DNA from: Tubulanus polymorphus
Lineage: Eukaryota; Animalia; Nemertea
NCBI RefSeq assembly: GCF_964204645.1
Contig: NC_134031.1
Span: forward strand, 10,230,001 to 10,294,000
Direction: 5' to 3'
DNA length: 64,000 nucleotides
The number at the start of each line of letters is the position of its first letter. Positions within the stretch are counted from its first letter, which is position 1. Position numbers and translations under genes: made by a program. The notes below the pieces were generated by a model that did not search any database, was not told the origin of the DNA, and saw only the letters and a list, made by a program, of their open reading frames with translations. Shown one piece after another: positions 33,644-46,760 of this stretch.

Positions 33644-34009
33644 ATGTATTATAAATGGAGAGTAAACAAGTACACAGTGAGAACAACACATCATTTTCTA
33701 AATAGAATCAAAGATGCTACAAATGCTAAATCAGTAGATTTTAAATTTAAAAAGTTAACAGAATTAACAATTCATAAGAAATATTTAATTACAAATATTG
33801 ATACAGTTACTAACAAATATGGAGATAAATTAGTTATTCACTTAGAAAATGAAGTGTTAAAAGGAAATAAATATAAATTCAGAACATATTTACCAGATAG
33901 ATTTCATAGATTATCAAGTGAAGATCTAGAAAAATTATGTTCAGGTGATTTCTATTTTATATACAAAGGTAAGAATGAAAAAGGGCACCATGATATAGAT
34001 TTCGAATAA
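33644..34009 (+). CDS. Conserved small Polinton protein (homologue of 17047)
   Basis: TNKYGDKLV...FRTYLPDRF...YKGKNEKGHHD; the likely true TAAATG start at 33655 is frameshifted. Confidence 0.7.
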   Translation: MYYKWRVNKYTVRTTHHFLNRIKDATNAKSVDFKFKKLTELTIHKKYLITNIDTVTNKYGDKLVIHLENEVLKGNKYKFRTYLPDRFHRLSSEDLEKLCSGDFYFIYKGKNEKGHHDIDFE

Positions 34010-34026
34010 GAAAATATGTAAAATAA

Positions 34027-34760
34027 GTGGCGGAATTAAAAGAATATAGAATATTTGTTGATTCAAGAAGACTTACAAGTTATAAATCACATAATTTACT
34101 AGTACAATTAGATAGGGAATACAAGAATTGTGTAGATTTAAAATTAGTAAATGTAAGTTTATGTAACTCCTTTTATAATATATCGGATAAAAGTATTGAA
34201 CATAGAGTCTTTTTTATTCATGACAGAAATAAGAATAGATGGTTTCATCTTTATCTTAAACCAGGATTATATAATTTAGAAACATTAGCTCAAGAAATTA
34301 ATAAAAGAGCACGCTTAAAAATGGGTGCATCTGCTGGATTTGGATTAAGACTTATTAAAAGTGATAGCTCTGATAAAATAAGAATAAAATTAGGCAATGA
34401 AGATCAACATCAATTTCTAGCTAAACTGTTAGGAATTAACACAGATGAAAGGATACGTAATGCTGATGCTACACCAAATATAATACCTTTTACACACTTT
34501 TATATTTATTGCAATTTAATTGATCCTACAAAGACATTTGAAGCAACTAAAGATACAATTTGTAATTCTGGTTTATTGAATATTTTACATTGAAGAATGT
34601 TAAAGAATTTGGAACACAAATAAATCATGATTTAGCTGAGTGCGATTTCAAACCATGCATTCCTCAATTTAATAATTTTTGATTAGAAATTAGAAATCAT
34701 AATGGATACTTAATTGATTTGAATAACATTCCTGTGATATATGAATTAGTTATAAGATGA
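34027..34760 (+). pseudogene. Minor capsid (penton-like) protein of Polinton A
   Basis: Colinear with 26259-27005; frameshift near 34590. Confidence 0.72.
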
Positions 34761-34784
34761 AAAGAGTATTTTTTTGATATATAA

Positions 34785-37700
34785 ATGAATATAACTGTTG
34801 GACCGAGTATATGTTTTGGGTTTGATTTTAAACATGGTAAAGAAATGAGAATTAAACTAAATGATGTAATTACTGATATTAAAAGTAAATCATTTAACAA
34901 TGCATCTATGATTAATAAAGAAAATTATAATATAGAAAAAGTAATTGATTTAATCAAAACATCTTTAAAATATTATGAATTAAATGAAGATGGAATTATT
35001 GATGATATTAAAAACATATTATCTAAAATATATGATAATCATAAAAGTAGTAATGAAATAAATGTTGAATTAATCATAAAAAAGACAACTAAATATTTTG
35101 AAAATGGTAATTTTTTTTGATAAATAAATGAGTGATAATAAGTGGATAATAACTGGATTATAAAATGGAGCATTATTATCAGTGGGAACTGTTGGTTATA
35201 CAATGGTATTAAAAAAAGTATTTAGAATGGGTAGTATTAATGTTGATAGATTTGATATAAATGATATCTTAAAATCAACGTTAGCAGTTACTTTATCGAA
35301 ATTAACAGTTGATTATTTGGAAAAACAAAAATATATTCCTCCTATAAATACGTAACTTTTTATTGAATAAATGGCATCTGCAGTAATAACTATAATAGGA
35401 TCGGCAATTGTTAACGCTTTAGCATTTACTGGTGGCGGGTATTTATTTAAGCATATTGATAAAAATGGTTCATTATCAGAACAGAAAAGACATAATTTAG
35501 CATTAGAAAATATAATAAAGCAGCGGAAGAATACAGAGAAAAAAGACAAAACTACATGGATTATATTAACAAAGAATTATATGATACGAAGATTTCACAT
35601 AAAGATTTACAATCAGTCGATGATGCAATGAGTTTATATAACGCAGTAACAAATAAAGAAAAATTACATCTATATAAACCTCAATTATCGAATTATTATA
35701 CCCCAAGTAATGAACAGAAGAAATATGAAATAATTTGGATTTTAGTTTGAACAGTTATTGTTATATTTGTTGCATATAAATTTACTAATTAAATATATAT
35801 ATTATTTTTGTTAAATAAATGGATGATAAAGTTGATAATATTGATATCATTCCTCATGATATCAGTAAAACTAAATTAAAATCATATTTGGAAAAACAAA
35901 TATTAGAATTTAAAAATGATTTAAAAGTTAAAAGGAACAAATATTTAAAAAGTATAATTATATATTATATATATATATATTATTTTATTATTAGTGGTTC
36001 AGTTACAATTAGTTCTGTAATAACATTTTAGCAATATTCTCACCATTAACACCTTTAGCTATATCAATTGGTGTGTTAGGCTTAAGTTCAAGTGTTTTAA
36101 CCGGAATAAGTTCAAAATTAAATGTAAAAAGTAATAAAGAAAAAATTAAATCTAATACAAAAGAAATTAATAAATTAAAAAATACATTAGATTATATTAT
36201 TAGTTTAAATGGTAACAGTTGAAGAACAAGATAAATTATTAAAAGAATTAATAAATTATTAATCTTTTTATTATATAAATGGGGTTTCCAAAAGCTTTCC
36301 AATATAATAAATCAATTAAACATAATATTCCTGCAATAGATTATAAAAAAAAATTACATAAAAAATTTAGTTTTCAATTCATTAGTTAATTTAGAAATTT
36401 ATATTACTGAAACACAGTTTTTTATTACTAAAATGGAAAATATATTTAATACATATGAAGTTACTTTTACTCGAGATGAATATCATATATATATAAAGTT
36501 ATATCTAATATGAAATATTGGCAGAATCAATTAAATTTTGCTGTTTATTGTGCAACGACAGGGTGTGGTATAAGTTGGAACAATCATCTTAATAACTTAG
36601 ATAAAAATTTGTCTTATTCAGATTTAAAATTCATTCATACAATATTTAGATTTCACACATATTTTCAAATCAGAATTATATTAAATGAATTAGAATGCCC
36701 TTTGCCTGGATCTAAATATTTTAAAGAATTGGATAATAATATTAATCTAAGTTTTATAAAATTTGTAATGAATTTAATATAAATACTAATACTAATTTTA
36801 GAGCGCATGGTAAATTGCAAGGTATTGGTGAACAGTATGAAATAAAAAGAATTGATTATATGCATAGAATTTCAGCTTATCATAATTATAAAATTGATAA
36901 TAATAATGGTTGGATTAATTTCATTTTAGAAAATAGTGAAGGTTTTACAAAATCAGGTATACAAAGAATAAATCAATCTATAAGAATATATTTAATTTGT
37001 ATATTAGGTGCACAAGTTGGAACAAGATCCCCAATAGTTGGAAATGATAGTACTTCATTTGATACACAGAAATAATTTAAAGTTTTATTTGAAGATTCTA
37101 TTCATAATGATAAAAATAGATCGATTCCAGAAAACATTGTAACATATCAAAATTATTTAGATAAATCACAGATTAGATTAAATCATTGTATAGGCCCTAA
37201 TTTATTAATTATTTCTTATGATTTAGTTTTAAAAATGGGAAATATAATTGGTTATGATAATCTAATTAAGACTGCAACAATAAATAATTCATTTGGATTA
37301 AATGATATGAATAAAAAGATTATCGCTGCTCCAAAATTAATGGAAGGTGAAAAAAAAATAAAAAACATATTCAATCAACTGAAACTAAAACAAAGAGTAT
37401 TGAATTGAATAATGATTCTAAACCGGATCACAATACATCAGAAAATATAAAAACTGATATTATTCAACATGAAATAATAAAACCCAATAATGATAATAAA
37501 TCACATGAAAATGCTAAATTAGCTATAACTTGTATAGGAATTGTAATAGGAGGAATATTATATTTTAAATTTCAATTTTCTTTATTATGTAAATGGATGT
37601 AGAAGGTGGAGAAGATTATGAAATGGAAGACATGGGAAATAATAATGATGGGTATATTGATGATTATAATGATGCTGAAACTAATATTGATAATGATGAT

Positions 37701-39035
37701 GAAACAGCATATAGTTCTAATTTAGCAGATAGTGGTTCTAAAGCTCCATCAACAAAGGAGTTTGATAGAAGAACTAAATCGAGAATAAATCCTGAAAATG
37801 AAAATCCAGATTTAGTAAAACAAAATTTAGAATATAATGAATATGTGTATCATTTCAAACCTATATTTGAAAGATCTGGATATAATATCAATGAGAGAGG
37901 TGCTAGAAATTTAGTAACAGAATTAAAACTTTTAGATGGTGAATATTATTATCGTTTGAAAGATGATTATTATATTGATATCACTAATAAACGTGAAAAT
38001 AAAATATTAGCAGAATCAACTTTGAGAAAATTAGAAACATCTTGAATTAAAAGAATAAGTAATAGTAATGAAATAGAAAATGTTGCCGACACAGAAATAA
38101 ATAAAAAGAGTATTTAAACAAAGAATAAATGAATCATTTGAAATATTAAAAAATAATTTAGAAACAGAAACAAGTTCTGAACAGAATATAACTTCCAAAA
38201 CTAGTTAACTTAAATCAAATAGAGTTCCAATTGAAAAACTTTTACCGAATGGATTAATTGATGCAACAGATCAACAATTAGAAGATTTAAATATATTTTC
38301 TGATAAAGCAATTAGAGAAATGATTAGTATATGAAATGAAGCTGATAAATTTGCCCATGACAAAAGTATAAGAGATTTTAAAATTAGAACTTTAGAAAAA
38401 GATAGAACTGATAAAATTAAAGAAATAGAACAATTAAAATTGGATAGAGATAATATAGTTATTGAAGAAATTGAATTTTGAAAAAGAAATGCATATTTAG
38501 AAAAAGAAAAAGATGATTTAGAATATAACATAGAATTACAGAAAGAAGAAATCAAATTATTATTAAAATCAAATGATTATAATATTAATAGATTAAAAGT
38601 TATTTTTAAAGATTTGTTGATAAAACCAAATTCTGATATATCATTGAAAGATAGAATAAAATTATTATTTTTAAGTTATAAGGTATAACAATTCTTTCAA
38701 TTGTAACAGCTGTAACTATGATATTTACAACAATAGGTTTAGCTATATCAAATGCTTTAAAATCTACACCTACTCCCAATAAACTGGGTAAACCTCCAAA
38801 TAATAATAATTCTATACAAGAAAAAGATGGTTTAAAAAAATTAGTAAAATATCTATGGGAATTATCTAAAAAATCTGCTGCAGCTTTACCCGGAGTTATA
38901 GCATCAATTGTTGGTTTTGTATTAAAATCTGCTGGAAATATTATTAACTTTGCTGCTGAACATATAATCTTATTTTTAATTTCTGTTGTAAGTGCAATTA
39001 TTTTTGGATTAGTGAATATGATCAAAAATAAATAA
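34785..39035 (+). pseudogene. Cluster of six conserved Polinton genes (starts 34785, 35128, 35371, 35819, 36279, 37593), mostly disrupted
   Basis: Same order and high similarity to B genes at 26242-23301; each starts at TAAATG; many stops and frameshifts. Confidence 0.8.
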
Positions 39036-39056
39036 TCAATTTTTTTCCTTAAATAC

Positions 39057-40303
39057 ATGAGTGGGAGTTACATAAATCCTTCTAAGAATTCTAGAAAATC
39101 TAATGCTATTAAGGCAGAAAGATCTCATCATATAATTACATGTACTCATAATCCATCAAATATTAATCCTGATGAAACTTTATATGTTAGAATTCCTCGA
39201 TTAACACAAAATACTTCTTATGTTCCAAATAGTATTCATTAATCAGCTGATATAAAAGTAACTGGCCATGTTTATAACTATTTTGTTGATAATGTTGGAA
39301 GATATTTGATAAAGAAATTAACTATAAAGATTGGCTCTGAAACAGTTTTCTCATTAGATGATTAAAATTTATTTACGCATTATAAAGATTTATGGTTAAC
39401 AAAAGAAAACAGAAACAATATGTTATTTCAAGGCATCCAATCCTTAAATCAAAATAAATTAAGATCAGAAGCTAATGGCGCAATAGTAACTCGTACCGCA
39501 GATAATTTGATTAAAAAGATTTATGGAAGCAAATATAAAATTCTATTAGATTTTGAATTGATAGATAATAATGCGCCTTTTAACATGCAATTCAAGAAGA
39601 TATTATATTCGAAATAACATTCGCTCCTGTTAATGAAATTTTGCTATCTAGTGTTGTTAAAGATATGGGATATAAATTATCGAATATGTTTAGAATATGA
39701 TACAGTAACTGATGAAAATATTTCAAGCATAATTCAAACTCAATACAATCAAGGATTTTCATTATTATATGATTGCATTGATAAATTTAAAACTGTAACC
39801 ATTAATGCAAATGAATAAATAATTAATGAGAATATTAACTTCCCAAGAAGATCTATTAAAAGTATATTAATATTTTTTACCATTGCAACATATTCTTATG
39901 GCGCAATAAATGTTGATAATTATTATAATCCTGAAATATCAAAGGTAGAAATAACTATCGAAGGTATAGCAAATAAAATATTTTGCCAGGGAATGAGAAT
40001 GATTGATCAATGGCCAGAAATTAGAAAACATTTTATGAATGAAAAAAATAAATCATCTGAAAATTGTAATATTATCAAATTGATTATTATATCGGTAATA
40101 TATACGCATAATGGTTAGATTTTAGAACAACTGAAGATAATTTATTACATGGATCTGGGAAAAAATTACAGAACACTTAAGATGGGATACAATTATTCAT
40201 GAAAAAGAAAAAAGGGAGTTTAAATTATAAAATGCACATTTATATCATATCTGACGCGTAATTAAATATTGTAAATTCTCAATTGAATAGTGTTATGTAT
40301 TAA
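39057..40303 (+). pseudogene. Major capsid protein of Polinton A (full length, disrupted)
   Basis: Colinear with 22180-23280, plus the C-terminal LHGSGKKLQN...GIQL...MHIYIISDA. Confidence 0.82.
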
Positions 40304-40335
40304 AATTTTAATCTAAGTAAAAAATTCTATAATAA

Positions 40336-40985
40336 ATGGAAGGATGAATATATGAAATACAAAGTCCAAGTGAAATGATATCAGATATATATTATGTAAT
40401 ACCTTATGATGAATATAGTAAGTATTTTGGAGAATACTTTTATCAATTCAAATATAGAATAAGTAAAATAGATAATAATAAAAGTGGCGTTGTTGATAAT
40501 TTAAGTAATGAAATTGACAATAATGTTTTTCCTTCTACATCTAATAATGTTTTACCCTCTATATCTGGTAATGTTTTACCTTCTACATATAATAATGAAA
40601 TAATATTAAATTATAGTGAAAATAGAAATTATTTGGTGGTTATTGTAAAGGTGAATTTTCAAACAGCCCATCAAATTGGAATAACCAATTGGCTGTACAT
40701 ATTACTAATGTTATAAAACGTGTTGGTTTAAGAGAATTTATAGAACACTCATTTAGATACGTTACAAAGTTTGTTTCAAATAAAAAAGTAAATGGTAAAG
40801 ATTTATATAAAGATTTATTACGTGAATTTTTATCAAAGGAACCTGAACTCAGTAAAGATGAATTAGATTTAACTGATGCTAATAAAATATTAGGATCAAA
40901 CAAAATAAAGATACGGACGAAACTTAAAGTAGTAACTATTAATGATGCGGTATATAGTTTGAATAAGTATATCAATAAACAAGAG
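40336..40985 (+). pseudogene. Polinton gene after MCP, truncated by an ACAAGAGGCCCATGGGCC-type repeat
   Basis: TAAATG start; AT-rich coding style ends abruptly at about 40985. Confidence 0.55.
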
Positions 40986-41476
40986 GCCCATGGGCCTTGA
41001 AGCATTGGTAGATAATACTGTGGTATTAAGTGGTTATAATGTTTTACATCTGCCGGCAAATCTTCTATGACGATGTTGATTGGGAGGACCACAGACTTAA
41101 AGGTCTATTTGTCTAGTACGATTTTATTCCTGAAAATGAATTTATTTTCTGCCGAACGATTTAGCCTAGGCTATTTGTACTGTTAAACATCATTAATGCG
41201 ATTCTGTTAAAAAGACGAAACTAGTTTATTCTGGTGTTTTCCATCATGTCCCAGCCAAGATATTTATATCAATCAAGATTTGGATACAAAAACCCATTTT
41301 TACGCATGAACTTTAGGCCCCACTGAATAATGAAAACAAAAACAGAACGATTTTTCTGAATGCAATTGCAAGACCCTCTGATCTTAGAGCTCCAAGCTCA
41401 TGCATGTACGCATGCAAAACGTCGCAGAGAGAGAGAGAGCGATGCCGGCGTTGGTGTCACTGAGGCCGGCTGATGA

Positions 41477-41698
41477 TTGTTTGTTTGTCTTTTTGTTTGT
41501 TTGGCTTTACGTACGTCGTTTGGATCTTGGTTTCCCAAGACTATTCCTATTGGATTGTTCATTTAACCTCACGGCGGTACGGCCTTTGAAGTGTGCCCGC
41601 ACACTGTTCGCAGCCAGCAGGACTCGAACCCACTTGTCACTCAGCATTGATAGTGGATTCAACAGCATCACGCCTTATCTCACTGAGCTACCGAGGCC
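41477..41698 (-). mobile_element. tRNA-derived SINE
   Basis: Minus strand: GGCCTCGGTAGCTCAGTGAG (A box), GGTTCGAGTCC (B box), a non-tRNA body and an (AAAC)n tail. Confidence 0.78.
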
Positions 41699-42136
41699 GC
41701 TCGATTCAATTCAAAAAAAACTACAGCAGCGGCAAATAACCATCGCAATATTGCAATTTACGACAAACAACGCGTAAATTCAATCACTGTTGTTCAACGC
41801 ATGGAAAAGATAATAAAAGGTATTTTTTTCCCGGCGCGCATTACATAGCGAATCTCTGCCGAGTGCGTAAGAGGGTGCTACCGCCTTGTGAGTGTGCAGT
41901 AGGCGGGTAGGGCGTCCTAAAGTAAAAACTTATATTGGAATATAGCCGAATCGAATTTTACAATGTCAGTCAACTGATTGATGATACAAAATGGTTGTTC
42001 TCGGCGTGCTTAACAATGATATTTTCCTCCAATAAACAACTCTGGTAAAATTGAATAAAATGATCTATCTTTATGGGCCGACTCTATTATCACGTCCGGA
42101 TTGAAATCCGGATAATCCGGAGATTTCGGTGAAATA

Positions 42137-42462
42137 CAGCCTCGCTTGCCAGGGGTCCGGTATCACTCCCGAACTCGCTTCCACCAGCCCCCTGGCCTCA
42201 CGAAGCGTGATTTCATTACTGGCGCTGTTGCGCATGACGTCATACATCGATTTGCAAAATACTTCCTTTTTCGGTAAAACGTTCGCTGATTGGTCCATCT
42301 AACAGGAAAACCAACAGAAGCCCAATGGCGTTTGTTATAAGCGCTGTGATTGGTACGACTGGATTCTGGTCGTCTAGTAACGACTCCAACGACTCGTGAG
42401 GTCAAGGGGTTCGGGGAACAGCTTTAGCGTAGTGGGTTCGAATCCCTTGACGGGTGAAGATG
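42137..42462. mobile_element. Non-autonomous DNA element with 9-bp TSD
   Basis: TSD GGTGAAATA at 42128-42136 and 42463-42471; CAGCCTCG...GAAGATG termini; second copy at 4751-5037. Confidence 0.82.
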
Positions 42463-42507
42463 GGTGAAATAGAGTACAATCGGAGAACGACTGTGCTATC
42501 ACTTAAT

Positions 42508-43395
42508 TAGACTGGTTGCCGGTCTCTACCTTCAGTTAGAGACCGGTTGATCCCATCCCCCATTTTACATTTTCGATGCAAGTCAAACATTTCAGTATCG
42601 TGTTACTTCCGGGTTAAAATGGCGCCTCGTTAAATAAGCGAAACTAGGAGTAACATCAAAATCGCACTGGAATGATCGAACAGCTGATAATCTATGAATC
42701 ATAAATGTAATCAGCAATAGGAAATTTAAAGACCGAAAAAAGGCATTAATTGCTGTAAGTATCGAATTAATCCGCTGATATTTGCTCGGAATTCTTACAG
42801 CCACTACTAAATTGATACTTTCATTTTGTAGGTAAGAAGGGCTCAGCTGTGATAATCATTCTGAAGGAACTTGGCTGAAGGGCGACATGCTTCCTTTATC
42901 AACCGTATGTGAAATATATTCAGTGAATTGTTGTGTTTATGATGATGTGAAAATGACTAAAGTCTGAATAAAGTTTACAATAGTTGAACTCCTTGTCAGT
43001 GTTTTGTGAGATCAGATATTTGGATCCACTGCAGCATCTCTACTTATATTCTCGATACAGACAGTGAATTGGGACAGACTTGGGTAACCCCAGTAATTCA
43101 GATCATCTGAATATTCGCAATATTTTCCTCTCCTCATGGACCAATTTTTGCTAGAAATTGAGTATAAAATCCATCACAACAAACTCTTTTTCACTGCTAT
43201 TCTATGTTCCATATTTATTGTCCACTTCTAGTACAAAATCTTATTCAATATACAGACAGCCTGACAAGAGGGTGACATACGTATTTTGTGACATAGCAAA
43301 TTGTCTGACAACAGAATGACACTGATATCACTAATTAACTCGAATCACAAAGACCAAGTCTATACGCCTTATAGGCCTCCTTTTCGTCCGTGACA

Positions 43396-43449
<54 letters not shown>

Positions 43450-44495
43450 TCTTGACCAGACAGTAGGCCTAAATCCAATCACAGTTCCAATTGCATGCTC
43501 GCTTGTGTAGTTATTCATAAAATCCAGCTCTTTAAACCATGTCACTATCAGATCAAGGAGTTTCATCGTTATTTGGAATCTCATATCATGACGGTTAGTG
43601 CTGGATTCGTTATTCTTTGATTCGTGATTGACATTACTTTCTGAAATTAAACCAATAAACATATCACCAACAATTAAACCTGGATTGACTTTTTAATTCA
43701 TGTCTCATCCGTTTTTCAAACTTACCATGATAAAACAACAATTCATTCTGTACATGTTGAGCTCATTCAATTTAAATATGCATAACTTCTAACTCTTAAG
43801 AAATCCTGAGTTGTATATCAGAAAATCTTCATCAGAACACAATCAATGACCTACAATAGACAATCAACAGAATATTTGTAAAATAAGTATTCATTTACTG
43901 TTCACAAGTTTTAAAGGACATCGAAGTGAAGTTTTACCTGTGGTATATTTTCACCACAATGAATTGACTGATGTCCAGTGTCACATTCAGAATAATCAAT
44001 CAATCATCTCAAGTGAATAAACAAATTGCTGGTGTCGGGGCCTCTGCTGCATGGCTGCCGCTGGTTCAGTTCAGTATGTCAGTAAGTGGAGATTGGTTTT
44101 TCCATCTCAAGTTCGTTGTTGTTGTCGATTGAAAACCGTTCCTTTGAGCAGGATAGGTTTTGACGGCGCTGTAACGGAGACATGCTGAAATGTATATCAA
44201 TATTTTGGAGGCCACACGTAGTACATGTGCCCGCAGAAGCGTTACCTGATAGTTTTGGTCGAGTTTCTTTCTTTAATTGATGTAAAAATTGACTTTTAAG
44301 AGGTCCATGGAACGTAAATCGAGACACTCTGGAGGCAGCCATGTAACATTGTTCACGTGATGAAATACTGAAATCTGATTGGATCCGTATATTCCGCGGA
44401 AGATGGCGGACGGGTTGAACCTGTCCTATTCTGACCTTGAACTTGAACTTGACCGCGAATGCAGGTTGCGCAGAATTGGACAGGCGACCAGTCTA
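42508..44495. mobile_element. About 2-kb DNA element with TAG termini and 9-bp TSD (Academ-like, non-autonomous)
   Basis: TIR TAGACTGGTTGCC / GGCGACCAGTCTA; TSD TCACTTAAT at 42499-42507 and 44496-44504. Confidence 0.75.
43396..43446. repeat. (ATG)17 microsatellite
   Basis: Perfect trinucleotide run. Confidence 0.97.
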
Positions 44496-45209
44496 TCACT
44501 TAATAGACTGGTTGCTGAGCCTGACTTGTTGCCTGTTAATGCTATGCTGATCGTGTATCTTCAACTTCGTTAACATTTTTTAGTCATTTTCAGCTGTTTC
44601 TAATGTTTTACGTAAACGGAGTGACAATTTGAAGTTACTATGAAAATGAGAACAGTCGGCGCTATTTTTTCGTAGTACTATTTTCGATCGATTTTACTAG
44701 CTTTGGCATGATGTCATAGACGTCAACCAATGCTAAAAAAACTATTGACGATTCGGTAGATAGTTTGAATAAATTGTTAGAGTCTGATGATGAAACAGAG
44801 GTTGATAGTGAAAGTGATTCAGGTAGTAATTATATTTATCTCAAATAATCATATTGGTTGAAAATTGCATAAAATAATAGTTAATAAAAAAGGGGTTTTT
44901 TAGGTATTAATGTATCTAATAAGTATTTAATGCGTATCTAATACGCATCTAATACATATTATTTGAAAATACCTAAAATTATAATTTTTTTAAAAATTTA
45001 TATTGAAACCTCAGTAATGATAAATAACCTTCATTATCTTCAAACTTATTCATATATTAGTTGAAAAAATAAAAATAAATTGGTTGGAAATTGTATAAAT
45101 AATATTTATTTTAAAAAGGGGGTTTTAAGTATTAAGGTATCTAATCTGTACCTAATACGTATCTAATACGTAACTAATACATACCTAATACATAAATGCT
45201 TAAAATACC

Positions 45210-45820
45210 TTATTTTATAAATTTATATTCATAGGGAAATTGAAGCCTCAGTAATAATTTTGAACCTTTATTACTTTTTAATTTATTCATATATCCATCA
45301 TGTAACTCAGTAGGTATAATTTGATTTTCTTCCAATGATTGTTGCATAGATTTTCTATCTTTATTGTAGAATAAAACTAAAAATATCATGTTTTCCCTAA
45401 AATCTTTAACAATTGAATTATATTTTTGATTTAAAACCCATGTTGTTATCCCAAAATGTCTCCCAGAGAAAGCTAGATAGCATAGTTCACTTTCTCGTAT
45501 TTTTGAATCATGTAAATTAGCACAATCATCTATGATGAATAATGTATTTGATTCTTTGTAAATATCAATTGCTATTTTAATACAATTATCTAAATTTTCT
45601 TTTACTGTTTTAGGATTTAATATAATAAACTTTTTTATCTTAACTATATCTCTATTATATGTTTTATTCATTTCATAGGTAGGGCAGAATAATATTATAT
45701 TATCAAAATGATTTTTATAAATAGTTTCTAACAAATCTAATACAAAATGTGTTTTACCACAGTTGGTTACTCCAGTAACTAACATTTTATGCGGTTCAAA
45801 TATAAATAAATCTTTATCAT
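45210..45820 (-). CDS. Packaging ATPase of fragment C (1-bp loss just after the start)
   Basis: GVTNCGKT, FIIDDC, SGRHFGI and a complete C-terminus. Confidence 0.88.
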
Positions 45821-46760
45821 TTATTCTTTTAATTTTACTAGATAAAATCTATTCATTAAAATTATCATCATACCCTTTATATTTCACCAAAGAATATTTT
45901 TTTCCTTTAAGAGTTTTTGTTTTCAATACTTTTTCTATTTTCTATTCTATTTCATCTGGATTTGGTACAAGTGATAATTCTTGTTCACAGAAATAACCTT
46001 ATATTTCTTCATCTAATAAATCTTCTAATTTATAAACAAAAGGTTTAGTTAATATTATTTTTTTAATTTTAAATATTTCTTCGGTAAAATTTGGAGTATA
46101 ACCTTTATAAAATGTTTTTCAATATTTAGATATTCTTACATGTTGTCCTGTTTTAAATTTTGGTTCTCCAAAATCATGTGTAACAAACGCTCCATATAAA
46201 TTATTCCAAACTATTCCTGAATTATCTTCTTTTCTAGCTTGTATAGGTTTCATACCAATACTTGCGTGTTTAGAATTATTATAACCTTTCACTTAATCAT
46301 CTAATACATCTATATATTAATATGTTTCATTTGCAGTAAAATATTTCCACATTCTAGTTTTCAATGTTTTATTAAACCTTTCGATAATAGATGTTTTTTT
46401 ATCTGAGTGTGTTGAAAAATACTCTACATCAGATAATCAGATAATAGTTTTTAAAAATGTTTATTATAAAATTCCTTACATTCATTAAATTGTATCTTAC
46501 CTGGAATAGCTTCTTTCAATATATTTTTAAAAGCATTAGTAACTTCTTTACCAGTTTTATTTTTGATTGGTATACTTCATGCGTATCTAGTGAATATATC
46601 TATAACATTTAATATCCAGAAATATCCTTTATTGTATTCTTCTAAGTTCTTCATGTCAATTAAATCTGCATACCATCGTTGATCAATATGTGAAACCATC
46701 TCGTTAAATAATATTTATCCATTTTCTTATGAATTTGATGTTGGTTGATTTTGTAACCAT
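45813..46760 (-). pseudogene. rve integrase of fragment C
   Basis: Nucleotide-colinear with 11710-12660; multiple stops and frameshifts. Confidence 0.88.

Larger units (their letters stand above)
11315..40985. mobile_element. Outer Polinton/Maverick A (decayed, both ends truncated, split by Polinton B)
   Basis: Very AT-rich block with packaging ATPase, rve integrase, pPolB, minor and major capsid genes. The pPolB frame continues across the B insertion (KFKDELGGEEM | IEFIGIRSKMYSY). Confidence 0.9.
44820..46760 (-). mobile_element. Third Polinton fragment C (integrase pseudogene + ATPase + downstream repeats)
   Basis: Closely similar to 11315-12660; cut at 46760 by a Gypsy LTR. Confidence 0.88.

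Noticed and set aside
41600-41698. Functional tRNA gene
   Set aside because: No complete cloverleaf; it continues into a SINE body and (AAAC)n tail.
43369-43662. Poly-His protein
   Set aside because: Translation of the (ATG)17 microsatellite.
11315-46760. Alternative genetic code explaining the many in-frame stops
   Set aside because: The stops fall at different positions in homologous copies and co-occur with frameshifts, which indicates decay.
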